DNA of 64,000 bases from a virus, in IMG/VR virus record IMGVR_UViG_3300050821_001689, positions 5,958 through 69,957 of that record; one strand, 5' to 3'. Below the pieces are notes generated by a model that saw only the letters and a program-made list of their open reading frames with translations, was not told where the DNA came from and searched no databases. Positions 1 to 8,890 of this stretch are shown in pieces. The first letter of the stretch is position 1. Each line of letters opens with the position of its first letter. Position numbers and translations under genes: made by a program.

Positions 1-971
1 CTGACTTTCTCGACTGGTTCCTTGGTCATGGTCATTAGAATGGCCCGACGAGCCCAGGGGAGACAGTCGAGGGCTATGCGACGGAGTAAGGGAATCTGAA
101 TATCTGATACCGAGCTTTGGCCCATGATGGCCGCGTCGCCCTTGGCTAGACCAAGCATCTGTTGGAAAACCCGGCCAGTACCTTCTGGATGCCCGACTGA
201 AATTAGTTCATCCTTGTAATTTCGAGTGACCGGAGTACGGCAAGTGGCGACGAGTTCGGCGCAGGTGTATATCGCTTGTTGTTGTTCAAATGGTAAATCT
301 ATATCGACGGAGATGTTGGGACGGATGAGTTTAGCGGACGCAGCCACGATTTCCTTGCGGAAGATAGAGTGATGTTCGGTTTGCTTGGCGATTTTATGGA
401 TTAGGTCGTTAGATTGCGGTTGCTTATCCACGCGGACCTGTATCATGCGTTCGCCAAGGTCGGCGTTGACTCGGTGGAAGCGTTCGATGCCGGGAGTGCA
501 AGCGGCGACTACGTGGACCCGGCCAGTCCATCCGATTTTCTGGCCGTCCATTTCTCGGTAGTATTCGCCGTCATATATGCGTCTATGGGCACCTAAGATT
601 ACGTTTCGTTTGTCCTCCTGGGTGTTGAGAAGGACAGTGAAGTCGTTGAATAGCCAGAGACCCTTGGGTTTCATGCGTTCAAGGACACCCTTGCCACGAT
701 TGGCTGCGGAACCGGAGATTAATCCGGCCAGAGATACATCGTCCGATTCGTGGTGTGGGGTGTAACCGGAGGCACAAGGGAGGTAGAAGTCCGATTTCCC
801 GCAGCTTGACGGGGCGATGAGCATGAGCCATACTGGACGGGTTTCGATGTCGAGTGATTTTGCGGTGGCGAGGATGGCACGGAGGGCTAGGAAATCTGGG
901 TTATGGAACCATTCGTTAGCGACGGATTGTAGATTTACCCAAGCAGATTGCTGTGTTTCGGCAATGGACAT
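1..971 (-). CDS. MCM-like AAA+ helicase domain protein (partial, runs off window start)
   Basis: Not in ORF track; manual translation from ATG at 971 after GAGGAG: MSIAETQQSAW...VWLMLIAPSSCGKS (Walker A variant)...LWLFNDF (Walker B variant)...VVAACTP...LGERMI (Arg finger)...EGTGRVFQQM (sensor 2); open to position 1. Confidence 0.7.
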   Translation of the reverse strand, partial: MSIAETQQSAWVNLQSVANEWFHNPDFLALRAILATAKSLDIETRPVWLMLIAPSSCGKSDFYLPCASGYTPHHESDDVSLAGLISGSAANRGKGVLERMKPKGLWLFNDFTVLLNTQEDKRNVILGAHRRIYDGEYYREMDGQKIGWTGRVHVVAACTPGIERFHRVNADLGERMIQVRVDKQPQSNDLIHKIAKQTEHHSIFRKEIVAASAKLIRPNISVDIDLPFEQQQAIYTCAELVATCRTPVTRNYKDELISVGHPEGTGRVFQQMLGLAKGDAAIMGQSSVSDIQIPLLRRIALDCLPWARRAILMTMTKEPVEKV

Positions 972-998
972 GCCTTCTCCTCAGAAAGACGATAAGGG

Positions 999-1027
999 AT
1001 ATTATACACCGGAATTAGAGATGTCAA
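999..1027 (-). promoter_or_regulatory. sigma70-type promoter for helicase gene
   Basis: Minus strand TTGACA (1022-1027) followed by TGTATAATAT. Confidence 0.55.
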
Positions 1028-1365
1028 GTGGAAAGTTTGGCGAGTTTGGTTGAAACCTTTTGAGAGTTGTGGCATCTTATTGTGGGAGAGGAGAGAACCT
1101 TGACGTTGAAGGCGATACCCCATTTCTGAATGCAGCAGAACAACTGAAAATGCAAGAACCACGATTCACTGAGTTGGAGCAACGTTCAAGGCAAGCAGGA
1201 CTTAAGGATTTGGTGCAGAAGCTGGAGGACGAAACGCGCGTCAAGGAAGTCATCGAAGAGATGAAGGCCGAAGACAAGCGCCGAAAGGAACGCAGCATAT
1301 TCTCCTCTTCCTCGCTGAGCACGAGCACCTTGTGCCCCGGCCCCACACGGTTTAGGGAGGCGCGA

Positions 1366-1587
1366 ATGAGCGACACTTTCACACTGAATCAGAAAGACCC
1401 GTTGCCGCTAGACAAATTGGCTGACGAATGGGATAGGCTCGACAAGTACTACATGCAGTTGGCCGAAGTCGCGCAAGGTGCTGGTTACGACAAAGGTAGC
1501 TTCACAGGAAAATCGATTGGCTTTTCTATTTGCGCCGCGCAACTGAGAGCTTCACTGGCCGCGAGTGAGCGCGATGTGCCAAAATAG
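1366..1587 (+). CDS. hypothetical phage protein
   Basis: GGAGG SD then ATG 1366 (MSDTFTLNQ...); 3' part of track ORF 1060-1587. Confidence 0.55.
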   Translation: MSDTFTLNQKDPLPLDKLADEWDRLDKYYMQLAEVAQGAGYDKGSFTGKSIGFSICAAQLRASLAASERDVPK

Positions 1588-1590
1588 GGC

Positions 1591-1619
1591 TTGACAAACC
1601 CAAGCGCTTGTGTTATAAT
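1591..1619 (+). promoter_or_regulatory. perfect consensus sigma70 promoter
   Basis: TTGACA-17nt-TATAAT with TG extension; spacer contains palindrome CAAGCGCTTG. Confidence 0.85.
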
Positions 1620-1640
1620 GCTTCGCATGGAGGTGGAACA

Positions 1641-1880
1641 ATGGACAAGATTCCACTTGAACGTGAAATATCAATGCATCCTTGGAACGGTTGGAACGAA
1701 GATGGGCGCGGGAGCGGCGATACCAACAGCGTGCAGACTCTCGTGAAGTGGGGCGCTGCTTACGCTCGCAATAACGCTACGAAGCAGGTGTACCGCATCC
1801 GCCGAGACATCAAGTCCAAGCCGTTCGACCTCGACCCTATCCGCCCAGAACAAATCGAGTGGAAAGCGCTCATCCGATGA
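1641..1880 (+). CDS. hypothetical protein
   Basis: GGAGG SD, ATG 1641, directly behind promoter. Confidence 0.65.
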   Translation: MDKIPLEREISMHPWNGWNEDGRGSGDTNSVQTLVKWGAAYARNNATKQVYRIRRDIKSKPFDLDPIRPEQIEWKALIR

Positions 1881-2131
1881 TTCCGCCATTCAACAATTTC
1901 GAGGAAGCTCTCAGGGCGATGCCGTCATTCATCGGCGGATTGGATTTAGTTGGGCAGCACAAGACCATCACTGACTTAGAGTTCCGCGTCCAGCACGAGA
2001 TAGACCTTGCGACCGAGGGCGAGGACAACGAGATAGTCTGCAAACGGCAGACGGACACAACTAAACGCTGGCAGCGATGTCGCGCATTCTTGCTGCGCTG
2101 CAAGGCCACGCGCGAATTGGTGGAGCAATGA
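1877..2131 (+). CDS. hypothetical protein
   Basis: ATGA overlap with both neighbours. Confidence 0.65.
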   Translation: MIPPFNNFEEALRAMPSFIGGLDLVGQHKTITDLEFRVQHEIDLATEGEDNEIVCKRQTDTTKRWQRCRAFLLRCKATRELVEQ

Positions 2132-2259
2132 GCCGCAAGAATCCCGCAGCCGTAGCGCTCGGCAAGCGTGGTGGCAAAGTAAAGAGCGCAGCCAAGTCTC
2201 AAGCCGCCCGCGAGAACGGCAAGCTAGGCGGCAGACCTAAAAAGCAGGTGCGCCTATGA
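2128..2259 (+). CDS. small basic KGG-type putative nucleic-acid-binding protein
   Basis: MSRKNPAAVALGKRGG...SQAARENGKLGGRPKK; ATGA overlaps. Confidence 0.7.
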   Translation: MSRKNPAAVALGKRGGKVKSAAKSQAARENGKLGGRPKKQVRL

Positions 2260-2462
2260 CCACTCCCAAGCAGAAGAGACGCGCGAAGCAGGGGCGCAGC
2301 GAGTTTTTCGTGATGCTTCGTCACCAGAAGGGTCATCCGATGCCAATGGTAGACGAGAACGAGGACGTAGTGTTGTTTCGCACTGAGAGCGAGGCCGAAA
2401 CTGCTGGCAAGAATAATCTTTTCGGTGAGACCTTCGGATGCGAGGTATACCAATGGCGATGA
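2256..2462 (+). CDS. hypothetical protein
   Basis: ATGA coupling, 68 aa. Confidence 0.6.
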   Translation: MTTPKQKRRAKQGRSEFFVMLRHQKGHPMPMVDENEDVVLFRTESEAETAGKNNLFGETFGCEVYQWR

Positions 2463-2662
2463 AGCAGAAGAGACGTGCGGTGGACAGGCAGAAATTGCGG
2501 ATTACGATTCGCTACGTGCGCTCGCAACTGGCGACCATGTACGGCTCGACGCGCAAGGCGCTTAGGCAAATAGGCAGGCAGAAATACAGAGATACTGTCA
2601 ATAAAGTGCTGGAGCACCTTCCCGCCAACCCCACCACGAAGGGACGGGACGAAAATGAGTGA
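2459..2662 (+). CDS. hypothetical basic protein
   Basis: ATGA coupling. Confidence 0.5.
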   Translation: MKQKRRAVDRQKLRITIRYVRSQLATMYGSTRKALRQIGRQKYRDTVNKVLEHLPANPTTKGRDENE

Positions 2663-4298
2663 GTTAACTAATAAGTTTGGGGTTACCGGGAAATTGCCAG
2701 ACGCACCATTGGGGCAAGCAACTAAATTGGGAAGCGCCCCTGTGCCGCAGAGCGGTGGGGAGGCATTGCCAAGAAATTCCCCGCCAAGCTGGTTTAATCA
2801 ACCCGAGATGGTGAACGGTGTTTGGGTGGACATCGGAGAAGCAACCATGAGCGAGCACGAGAAACCGGCGCGGGAGTTAGTCGAGCAAGCACGCGGTGAG
2901 CATCATTGTGAAACCTGCCAGCATCTTCGCAGTGAACACGCGATGGATTTAGCGGGTGAGACTTTCTGCGAGCACGATGGCCCCGACGAATGTAAATGTG
3001 AAAGCTACAAAGGCGCAATGCCACCAAGTTACGTGGAACTACTCGACTCTCTCGCCGCCCTACTAGCCGAGCGGGAGCGCGTGGACATGGAAAGGCTGCG
3101 AGAGTTGAGCGAGAAGGCTGTGCCGGGGCCTTGGGATGGGCCATGCTTGCACTACGATGATAACGGCAAGCGTCGGCTGTTCCCACATATCCATGTTGGC
3201 AAGAAAGAAGTGCATCACAGGACTGATTCCAATTCAGCGTGGATTCCCGAAGAATGGGAGGGTGAGTGCAAAAACTATCTCGTCGTGAACAACACTAGCA
3301 CTGGTGGAGACTTGCAACACTTCGATGACAACGCCGCCTTCATCGTCGCCTGCGTAAACCACGTGCGCGAAATGCTGGCCGCAGCCGAGGGAGCCAAGGA
3401 GCCGCCAATGTCTCAGAGTGAACCTGGATGCAAAAGTTGTGAAGAATCAGCGAGCGGCGTGTGCACAAGACACAACGAACATGGAAGAAATGCCGCCCCG
3501 GACGAGCAGGGAGCGTTGCGGGAGACACAAACAGGGAAGTTCGGCGCATGGCTAAAGAGATGGCAGTTTCGCATTCCAAATGAAGCCATCTGGGAATTGA
3601 AAGCCGCCCTCGCCACTCCCCCGGCAGGCAAGGGAGACGCGGAGCCGTTCTACGATGAAGAAATCAACACTTTACTTACTGGGCGCTTTGGCGTTTCTAG
3701 CGTGACCGGGCTTGATGACATTGCGTGGTTCACCAGACAGCTAAATAAGCTGGCAAACGTAAAGCGACCCGAAGGCGGGAAGGGTGGTGATGATGTACGA
3801 AAGCATGAGCATCCTACCCTAACTGCTCTGCGTGCAGTTGATAACGAAGCTGCACAAGCGTATGCCGATTGCGGCGAAGACGAAAAGGCGTTACGCCGCG
3901 AGTTGTGGTTGAGTCATGGACACTTTAATGCACTCTATGGTGACGACGGCGAGATGCAGTGCGGAGAGTGCTACATTGACTACAAGCGCCAGCCCGTCGC
4001 GGAAATCATCCGCATTCGTGGCGAAAATGGCCTTCGTAAACTGGCTGCGGCACCGCAAGAATATCCGCATTTGCTAATTTGCAACGGCGATAGACGATTT
4101 CCCGCTGGCGTACCGGGGCATAATTGCTGCTGCTTGAACATCGATATTCAAATGGCTGCAAGAGCAGAACGTTCAGCGACACCCGAAGGCCGGAAAGGGC
4201 TGTGCGGATACAAGACAGAACGGTGGATGAATGGCATCGACCACCCGCAACGAGTTTCAGGCGCAACTAGCGCCGCGAAGGATGGTGATGCCCCTTGA
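2655..4298 (+). CDS. mosaic phage protein including an Ead/Ea22-like module
   Basis: 547 aa; LRELSEKAVPGPW...DNAAFIVAC module plus several Cys/His clusters and internal SD+ATG starts. Confidence 0.6.
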   Translation: MSELTNKFGVTGKLPDAPLGQATKLGSAPVPQSGGEALPRNSPPSWFNQPEMVNGVWVDIGEATMSEHEKPARELVEQARGEHHCETCQHLRSEHAMDLAGETFCEHDGPDECKCESYKGAMPPSYVELLDSLAALLAERERVDMERLRELSEKAVPGPWDGPCLHYDDNGKRRLFPHIHVGKKEVHHRTDSNSAWIPEEWEGECKNYLVVNNTSTGGDLQHFDDNAAFIVACVNHVREMLAAAEGAKEPPMSQSEPGCKSCEESASGVCTRHNEHGRNAAPDEQGALRETQTGKFGAWLKRWQFRIPNEAIWELKAALATPPAGKGDAEPFYDEEINTLLTGRFGVSSVTGLDDIAWFTRQLNKLANVKRPEGGKGGDDVRKHEHPTLTALRAVDNEAAQAYADCGEDEKALRRELWLSHGHFNALYGDDGEMQCGECYIDYKRQPVAEIIRIRGENGLRKLAAAPQEYPHLLICNGDRRFPAGVPGHNCCCLNIDIQMAARAERSATPEGRKGLCGYKTERWMNGIDHPQRVSGATSAAKDGDAP

Positions 4299-4483
4299 TT
4301 ATACGACTATGCCTGAGACGACTAGCATTACTGGCAGCCATCCTACTTGCGTCGGCCCCGATGGTAGACCAGCTTGCTACGTCTCAGAATCACGAGGCCG
4401 CTTGACGCCGATAGAGCGGAGCCGTCAGGTATCGGCACCTTTTGCGGGGACGGACTGATGGGAGGAGTAATTAAAAATTCCAC

Positions 4484-4512
4484 TTGACAAGTTTTGGGAA
4501 GTATGGTAGTTT
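4484..4512 (+). promoter_or_regulatory. sigma70-type promoter
   Basis: TTGACA-17nt-TAGTTT with TG extension, then GAGGAG SD. Confidence 0.65.
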
Positions 4513-4534
4513 TGAAAAATGAGGAGAGGGAAAG

Positions 4535-5296
4535 ATGGCAAAATTACACGAATTACTAGCGGTAGGCACTAACCTTGAGAATCAGGCGAACAAAACCCGC
4601 GCTGACCTTATGGCGACGTTCGATAAGAAACGCCACCTGTTTGAGCAGAAACTGGTGACATTCCAGTCCAATGAGGAAGGAGTGGCTCCGGTCACTGAGG
4701 CCCAGTCGGATATTCAGAGTACTGTGTCTAAAGAACTGGGATGGATTAGTTCCATCCTGACCAAGGACATTGACTTGGGACATCAAGTTGACATTGCTAA
4801 TACCCAGGCGAAGGCGGACATTGTGACTGAAGATGGGGAGACCATTGCCAAGGATGTTCCGGCGACCAGTCTCTTACAACTGGAGAAGCATCTTCAGAAG
4901 TTCCATGAATTGCTGGTGACGGTGCCGACACTCGACCCGGCAAAGGGTTTCTCTCAGGATGATACCCGAGAGGTGGGTATTTTCAGGGCCAGGGAAGTCA
5001 ACAAGTCCCGGACCAAGAAGATTGCCAAGCCGTTAGTTCTGGCTCCAGCGACCGACAAACACCCAGCACAGGTACAACTGGTGACGGAAGATGTGGTGAC
5101 TGGAACCATTCAGGAACAGGAATGGTCCGCGTTATTGACTCCGGCCACGAAGGCTGATTTGATTGAACGTGGTGAAGTGTTACTGCGGGCGGTCAAGAAA
5201 GCCAGAGCACGGGCCAATGAAATGGACTTGGATGTTGCCACACATAAGATTGGCAAGCGACTTTTGGACTACGTGTTGAAGCCGTTGTCTAAGTAA
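4535..5296 (+). CDS. coiled-coil protein of unknown function, upstream of structured RNA
   Basis: 253 aa, strong SD; helical N- and C-termini around a central VLAPATDKHPAQVQLV segment. Confidence 0.85.
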   Translation: MAKLHELLAVGTNLENQANKTRADLMATFDKKRHLFEQKLVTFQSNEEGVAPVTEAQSDIQSTVSKELGWISSILTKDIDLGHQVDIANTQAKADIVTEDGETIAKDVPATSLLQLEKHLQKFHELLVTVPTLDPAKGFSQDDTREVGIFRAREVNKSRTKKIAKPLVLAPATDKHPAQVQLVTEDVVTGTIQEQEWSALLTPATKADLIERGEVLLRAVKKARARANEMDLDVATHKIGKRLLDYVLKPLSK

Positions 5297-5387
5297 AAGG
5301 TCCACACGGGGCACCCATACTGCGTCAGTCAGGGTAGTGGGACGCAGCCAACCACTCTGCTCCGTAGGAGGTTGGCAAATTTTGAGT

Positions 5388-5720
5388 TCGGGGGCGGGTC
5401 GAAAGACCTGTTCCAACTTCAGGGTGAAGGTCAGACTTAGACTCACGCAATCAGACTATTACCCCGAAGGTTCAAGTGACGATAAAGTGACTGGGGATGC
5501 GCGGTTGCAAAATTAAGCCTAGGACGCCGGTTCAAATCCGGTCCCCCGAGCCATGAGGGTTCCTTGGAATCCTGATGTCGGGGGTAGCTTAGTGGTAGAG
5601 CATAGGTACTCAGACTGACGACCGTGGGGTTCTTTGGGAGCTAAAGTGAATCGTTACGAACATACTTATGGCTCATAACCATATACAATCGGGGTCGGTG
5701 GCAGGCTAGTCATCGGCCCC
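5388..5720 (+). ncRNA. structured ncRNA containing a circularly permuted tRNA-like domain (5517-5607)
   Basis: T arm GCCGG-TTCAAAT-CCGGT, CCCCCGA-G-CCA, linker hairpin, TCGGGGG, D arm GCTT-AGTGGTA-GAGC, TAGGT pairing with GCCTA; flanking helices; ends approximate. Confidence 0.75.
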
Positions 5721-5745
5721 ATAAAATTTCGAGAGGGAGAGGAAA

Positions 5746-6171
5746 ATGAGTAAAACTTGTGCATTACCGAAGTCGGTGTTTCCATTGAAGTTCAAGGTGG
5801 ACTCGCCGGTTCATGCTTTACAACTAGCCAGGAAGTTGATTAAACCGTTTAGGTATTGGACAGTGGGGTCTCTAGCTGAGGGTAAGGACAAAGATGGTGA
5901 CATTCACTCCGTGGGAGTCAAGAGCACCAAAGCCGAGGCTTTTTGTGCTCTCGGGGCGCTGTTGAGGGTTAATACTCGCCATCAGAAACGAGCTAAGTTC
6001 TTCCTGCAACAGGCTGCGGCTGAGTACATGGGGACTGACCCGATATATGCTCGAGAGGCCGATATTTTTGATGTAAACGACCGAGGGCAGGACAAAGAAA
6101 CTCACCGAGAAGTTCTCAAAATGTTCGCCCGCGCCATTCAATTGGCTAAGAAAGCGGCGGGCAAGAAATGA
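5746..6171 (+). CDS. hypothetical phage protein (DUF6197-like)
   Basis: W..G...FCALGAL...ND...H.EV motif pattern; SD GAGAGG. Confidence 0.7.
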   Translation: MSKTCALPKSVFPLKFKVDSPVHALQLARKLIKPFRYWTVGSLAEGKDKDGDIHSVGVKSTKAEAFCALGALLRVNTRHQKRAKFFLQQAAAEYMGTDPIYAREADIFDVNDRGQDKETHREVLKMFARAIQLAKKAAGKK

Positions 6172-6614
6172 AGAGTTGGGGTCCGGTACTAGCCATTTGG
6201 GTCGCTGCGATAGGAATAATGCTTCTTTCTATCCTAATGGCCCCATCCTTCTCAGGAGAACGCTCCTCGGAGTCCGTCAAGTCTCCCCAGGTTCTCCTGG
6301 AGTTCAACCATCAGGATAAAGATGGGAGAGCGATAGTGGTTCCCCAGGGGAAGGTGGTATTGGCATTGGTTCCTATACAGCCATTACATCCGGCCCCCAT
6401 GGAGACCGGGACTCTCATGCTGTGCAGGATGTTCACTATTGACGACGGGAGTGTGATGAGGGAGAATCATCCTCCTACTCCACACAGGGAGATAGGTTTC
6501 CGGTGTGGAGATAGTGTGTACGAGTTCACGGCGATGGATATACATGGTGAAGGACAAGCTGAGACAGGAATTGGAGTTCAAAAGAGTGTGACCGGGAAAA
6601 CGGAGGAGAGGTGA
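6168..6614 (+). CDS. membrane-anchored hypothetical protein
   Basis: N-terminal hydrophobic helix; ATGA overlap. Confidence 0.65.
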   Translation: MKSWGPVLAIWVAAIGIMLLSILMAPSFSGERSSESVKSPQVLLEFNHQDKDGRAIVVPQGKVVLALVPIQPLHPAPMETGTLMLCRMFTIDDGSVMRENHPPTPHREIGFRCGDSVYEFTAMDIHGEGQAETGIGVQKSVTGKTEER

Positions 6615-6744
6615 TTATTGTTCATGTCTGTCCTAAATGTGGATTACGGTCTCCATGTCTCGAACTAGAATGTAGCCAGCCCAAGGAAGTCGAGTGTGAG
6701 AATTGTATATTGGAAGTAATAATGAGCAGACACGAGGAGGAGAA

Positions 6745-7056
6745 ATGGCACGAGTCAAGAAACTTACCGAGGACCAGTTTGTGAGGAAACTGGCGAGGGC
6801 GACGAAGGACAGAGGGCTGGTATGGGAATTGTATTCCGAATCCAGACCTTTCATTCGGTGTAAGAGAAAATGTCCTATTGAAGTAGTGTTCACCAATTCC
6901 GCCCATGCCTTTGCTCATTCGGTGGCGGAGGCTCTGGGGACCCACCTACAGCACAGAATTATCGCAGCGGCGGATGGACCGGGGAGTCCGTTTGGGAAGT
7001 TCGACCCGGTGTTGAGAAGGAAGATTATGAAGGCGACGGAGTTGGAGGCGGAGTGA
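6745..7056 (+). CDS. hypothetical protein
   Basis: GAGGAGG SD, ATG 6745 (MARVKKL...). Confidence 0.7.
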   Translation: MARVKKLTEDQFVRKLARATKDRGLVWELYSESRPFIRCKRKCPIEVVFTNSAHAFAHSVAEALGTHLQHRIIAAADGPGSPFGKFDPVLRRKIMKATELEAE

Positions 7057-7568
7057 TGGGAATGGAACCGACTTGTTCTCAAGACTTAGAGAACGGAAGT
7101 GATTTGAACCTATCCTCAGCGGAAGGGATTAAGATAGCCGAGGCCAACGGTATGATTGCTTCCTTTCCTCTACCTCATCAGTTGTTTCTGGATATTGATG
7201 ATGAGGCTGGATATAAGATGTTCCTGTCTCATAAGCCATACCTACTAGAACACTTTGGCATGAAGAACTTCCATGTGAGACCGAGTAAGAGTGGGCTTCC
7301 TAAAAGACATATCATCGTCAATCTCAACCGGGACCTTACTCCCACAGAACGTATAGCTCTCCAAGCATGTTTGGGGAGTGATAGGAAGAGGGAGATATTG
7401 TCTCTAGTGAGAGTAGGAAGGAACGACCCCCATGCGACATTATTCTTCGACCGGGACCCGGATTTTATGAAGTCTCTGGAGACTCTTGATAGGTGTATAG
7501 CTGAGATGGAGACTGCCGATAAACAAAATTCCTCTGAGGAGATAGTGAATACCTATATGGGCTATTAA
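7053..7568 (+). CDS. hypothetical protein with DxD and SKSG..H motifs (AEP/primpol-like fragment)
   Basis: LFLDIDD and PSKSGLPKRHIIV resemble AEP motifs I and II. Confidence 0.55.
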   Translation: MMGMEPTCSQDLENGSDLNLSSAEGIKIAEANGMIASFPLPHQLFLDIDDEAGYKMFLSHKPYLLEHFGMKNFHVRPSKSGLPKRHIIVNLNRDLTPTERIALQACLGSDRKREILSLVRVGRNDPHATLFFDRDPDFMKSLETLDRCIAEMETADKQNSSEEIVNTYMGY

Positions 7569-7708
7569 GGAGGTGATGGGCGACCGGGAAGGAGGCCAGC
7601 CGCCCATCGAGGCCGTGTGAGGGGCACGGCGCGTTTGTGGCCCGAGGTTAGGCCACAGGGGGAATTGAAGTCCCCGAGGTGGGTTACTAGAATGGAGACT
7701 ATCACAAG

Positions 7709-8635
7709 ATGGTAGACCAAAGCAAGGTCTTGGATGCAATTGTAAATTGTGAAGTGGGGGCCGGAGCGAAACAGGAAGCTGGAAGGCTGATTGAGGCGTA
7801 TCTGGAGAAACTAGATTCTTTCCCTGATACCCGTATTCGGTCCCTGGGCGTGGAAGTTCCTTGGTACATTCTATTGGCTCCGCAGATTATTGCCGTGGGG
7901 GTGGTAGATAGAATACTCGATGACGATAATATGACAGTGTGCGAGTGGAAAACTCGCCGGGCTCCGAAGATTACCAAGGCCGGGGTGCCGTACAAGGGAG
8001 ACACTGAGGACGACTGGCTGGCTGAGATTGGTGGGGGAGTTCAGTTGGCAGTATATGGATTAGCTAGGAGAGAAGGACACTTCCTGTTGTCAGATAACCA
8101 CCCAAAGTTAGGGCAGACTGGGAAGTATCAAGTCTTCGTGAGAGCGTGTGTGAAGTCTGAGCCCCCGGCGTTTTGGCCTCAAGACTCGTCCAAAGGTTTC
8201 TTCGTGTTCGAGGATGACAAGTTAGATGCCGTCAAGAATGCCATGATTATTGAGGCCCTGGGGATACGAGCGGCGAGGAAGTCGGGTATGGTCCCGTGGC
8301 AGATTCCGGGGGACCAGTGTCATAGGTATGGTAGAGACTGTGAACATTTAGCGGGAGGATGCAGGAAGTATGATTTCCCCGTCCCACCTAAATTAGACTG
8401 GCACCCCACGGACCCGGGGTTCGCAGCGGCTAGAGCCTTGGGACTGGACCCCAATGACCCTGAACTGGTGGTACTAAGTCAATCAGGTTACCAGACAAGT
8501 ACTAGATGTCTGGAGAAGTTCAGGCGAGAATACGGTGGAGAAGGACAAGGGGAAGAGTCGTTTGAGTTGGAAGTAGGGACCGCCTATCACGCAGCGGTAG
8601 CGGAAATTAACCGTCAGATTTCTCTTGACAAGTAG
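7709..8635 (+). CDS. PD-(D/E)XK Cas4/AddB-like exonuclease, circularly permuted
   Basis: GVVDRI...EWKT...QLAVY...CHRYGRDCEHLAGGC; usual N-terminal LSxS...C...GTAYH motif found at C-terminus. Confidence 0.8.
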   Translation: MVDQSKVLDAIVNCEVGAGAKQEAGRLIEAYLEKLDSFPDTRIRSLGVEVPWYILLAPQIIAVGVVDRILDDDNMTVCEWKTRRAPKITKAGVPYKGDTEDDWLAEIGGGVQLAVYGLARREGHFLLSDNHPKLGQTGKYQVFVRACVKSEPPAFWPQDSSKGFFVFEDDKLDAVKNAMIIEALGIRAARKSGMVPWQIPGDQCHRYGRDCEHLAGGCRKYDFPVPPKLDWHPTDPGFAAARALGLDPNDPELVVLSQSGYQTSTRCLEKFRREYGGEGQGEESFELEVGTAYHAAVAEINRQISLDK

Positions 8636-8653
8636 ATTGGAATTTGGTAGTGT
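8625..8653 (+). promoter_or_regulatory. sigma70-type promoter
   Basis: TTGACA-17nt-TAGTGT with TG extension. Confidence 0.6.
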
Positions 8654-8674
8654 GGAGAATATGAGGAGAGGAAA

Positions 8675-8890
8675 ATGAGTGAAAAGACCAGTATCAGTAA
8701 TACCGGAATTGGTTTCTCTGGGCTTCTAGGTATCGTCTTCATAACCCTAAAACTTTTAGGAATCATTGCCTGGAGTTGGTGGTATGTGTTGATGCCCTTG
8801 TACCTAGGACCGACGATTCTATTGGTCATTGTTGCGTTCTGCCTACTTATGGCCGGAGTAGTAAAGGTCCTGGAGTACTTAGGTGAGTAA
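8675..8890 (+). CDS. small two-helix membrane protein common in phages
   Basis: GIGFSGLLGIVFITLKLLGIIAWSWWYVLMPL. Confidence 0.8.
   Translation: MSEKTSISNTGIGFSGLLGIVFITLKLLGIIAWSWWYVLMPLYLGPTILLVIVAFCLLMAGVVKVLEYLGE

Noticed and set aside
5517-5607. Two-piece tmRNA interpretation of the permuted tRNA domain
   Set aside because: It has a true D stem, lacks G3:U70 and A73, and I found no convincing tag reading frame
7709-8635. CRISPR-Cas system suggested by the Cas4-like nuclease
   Set aside because: No repeat-spacer array or other cas genes seen; context is a phage recombination module
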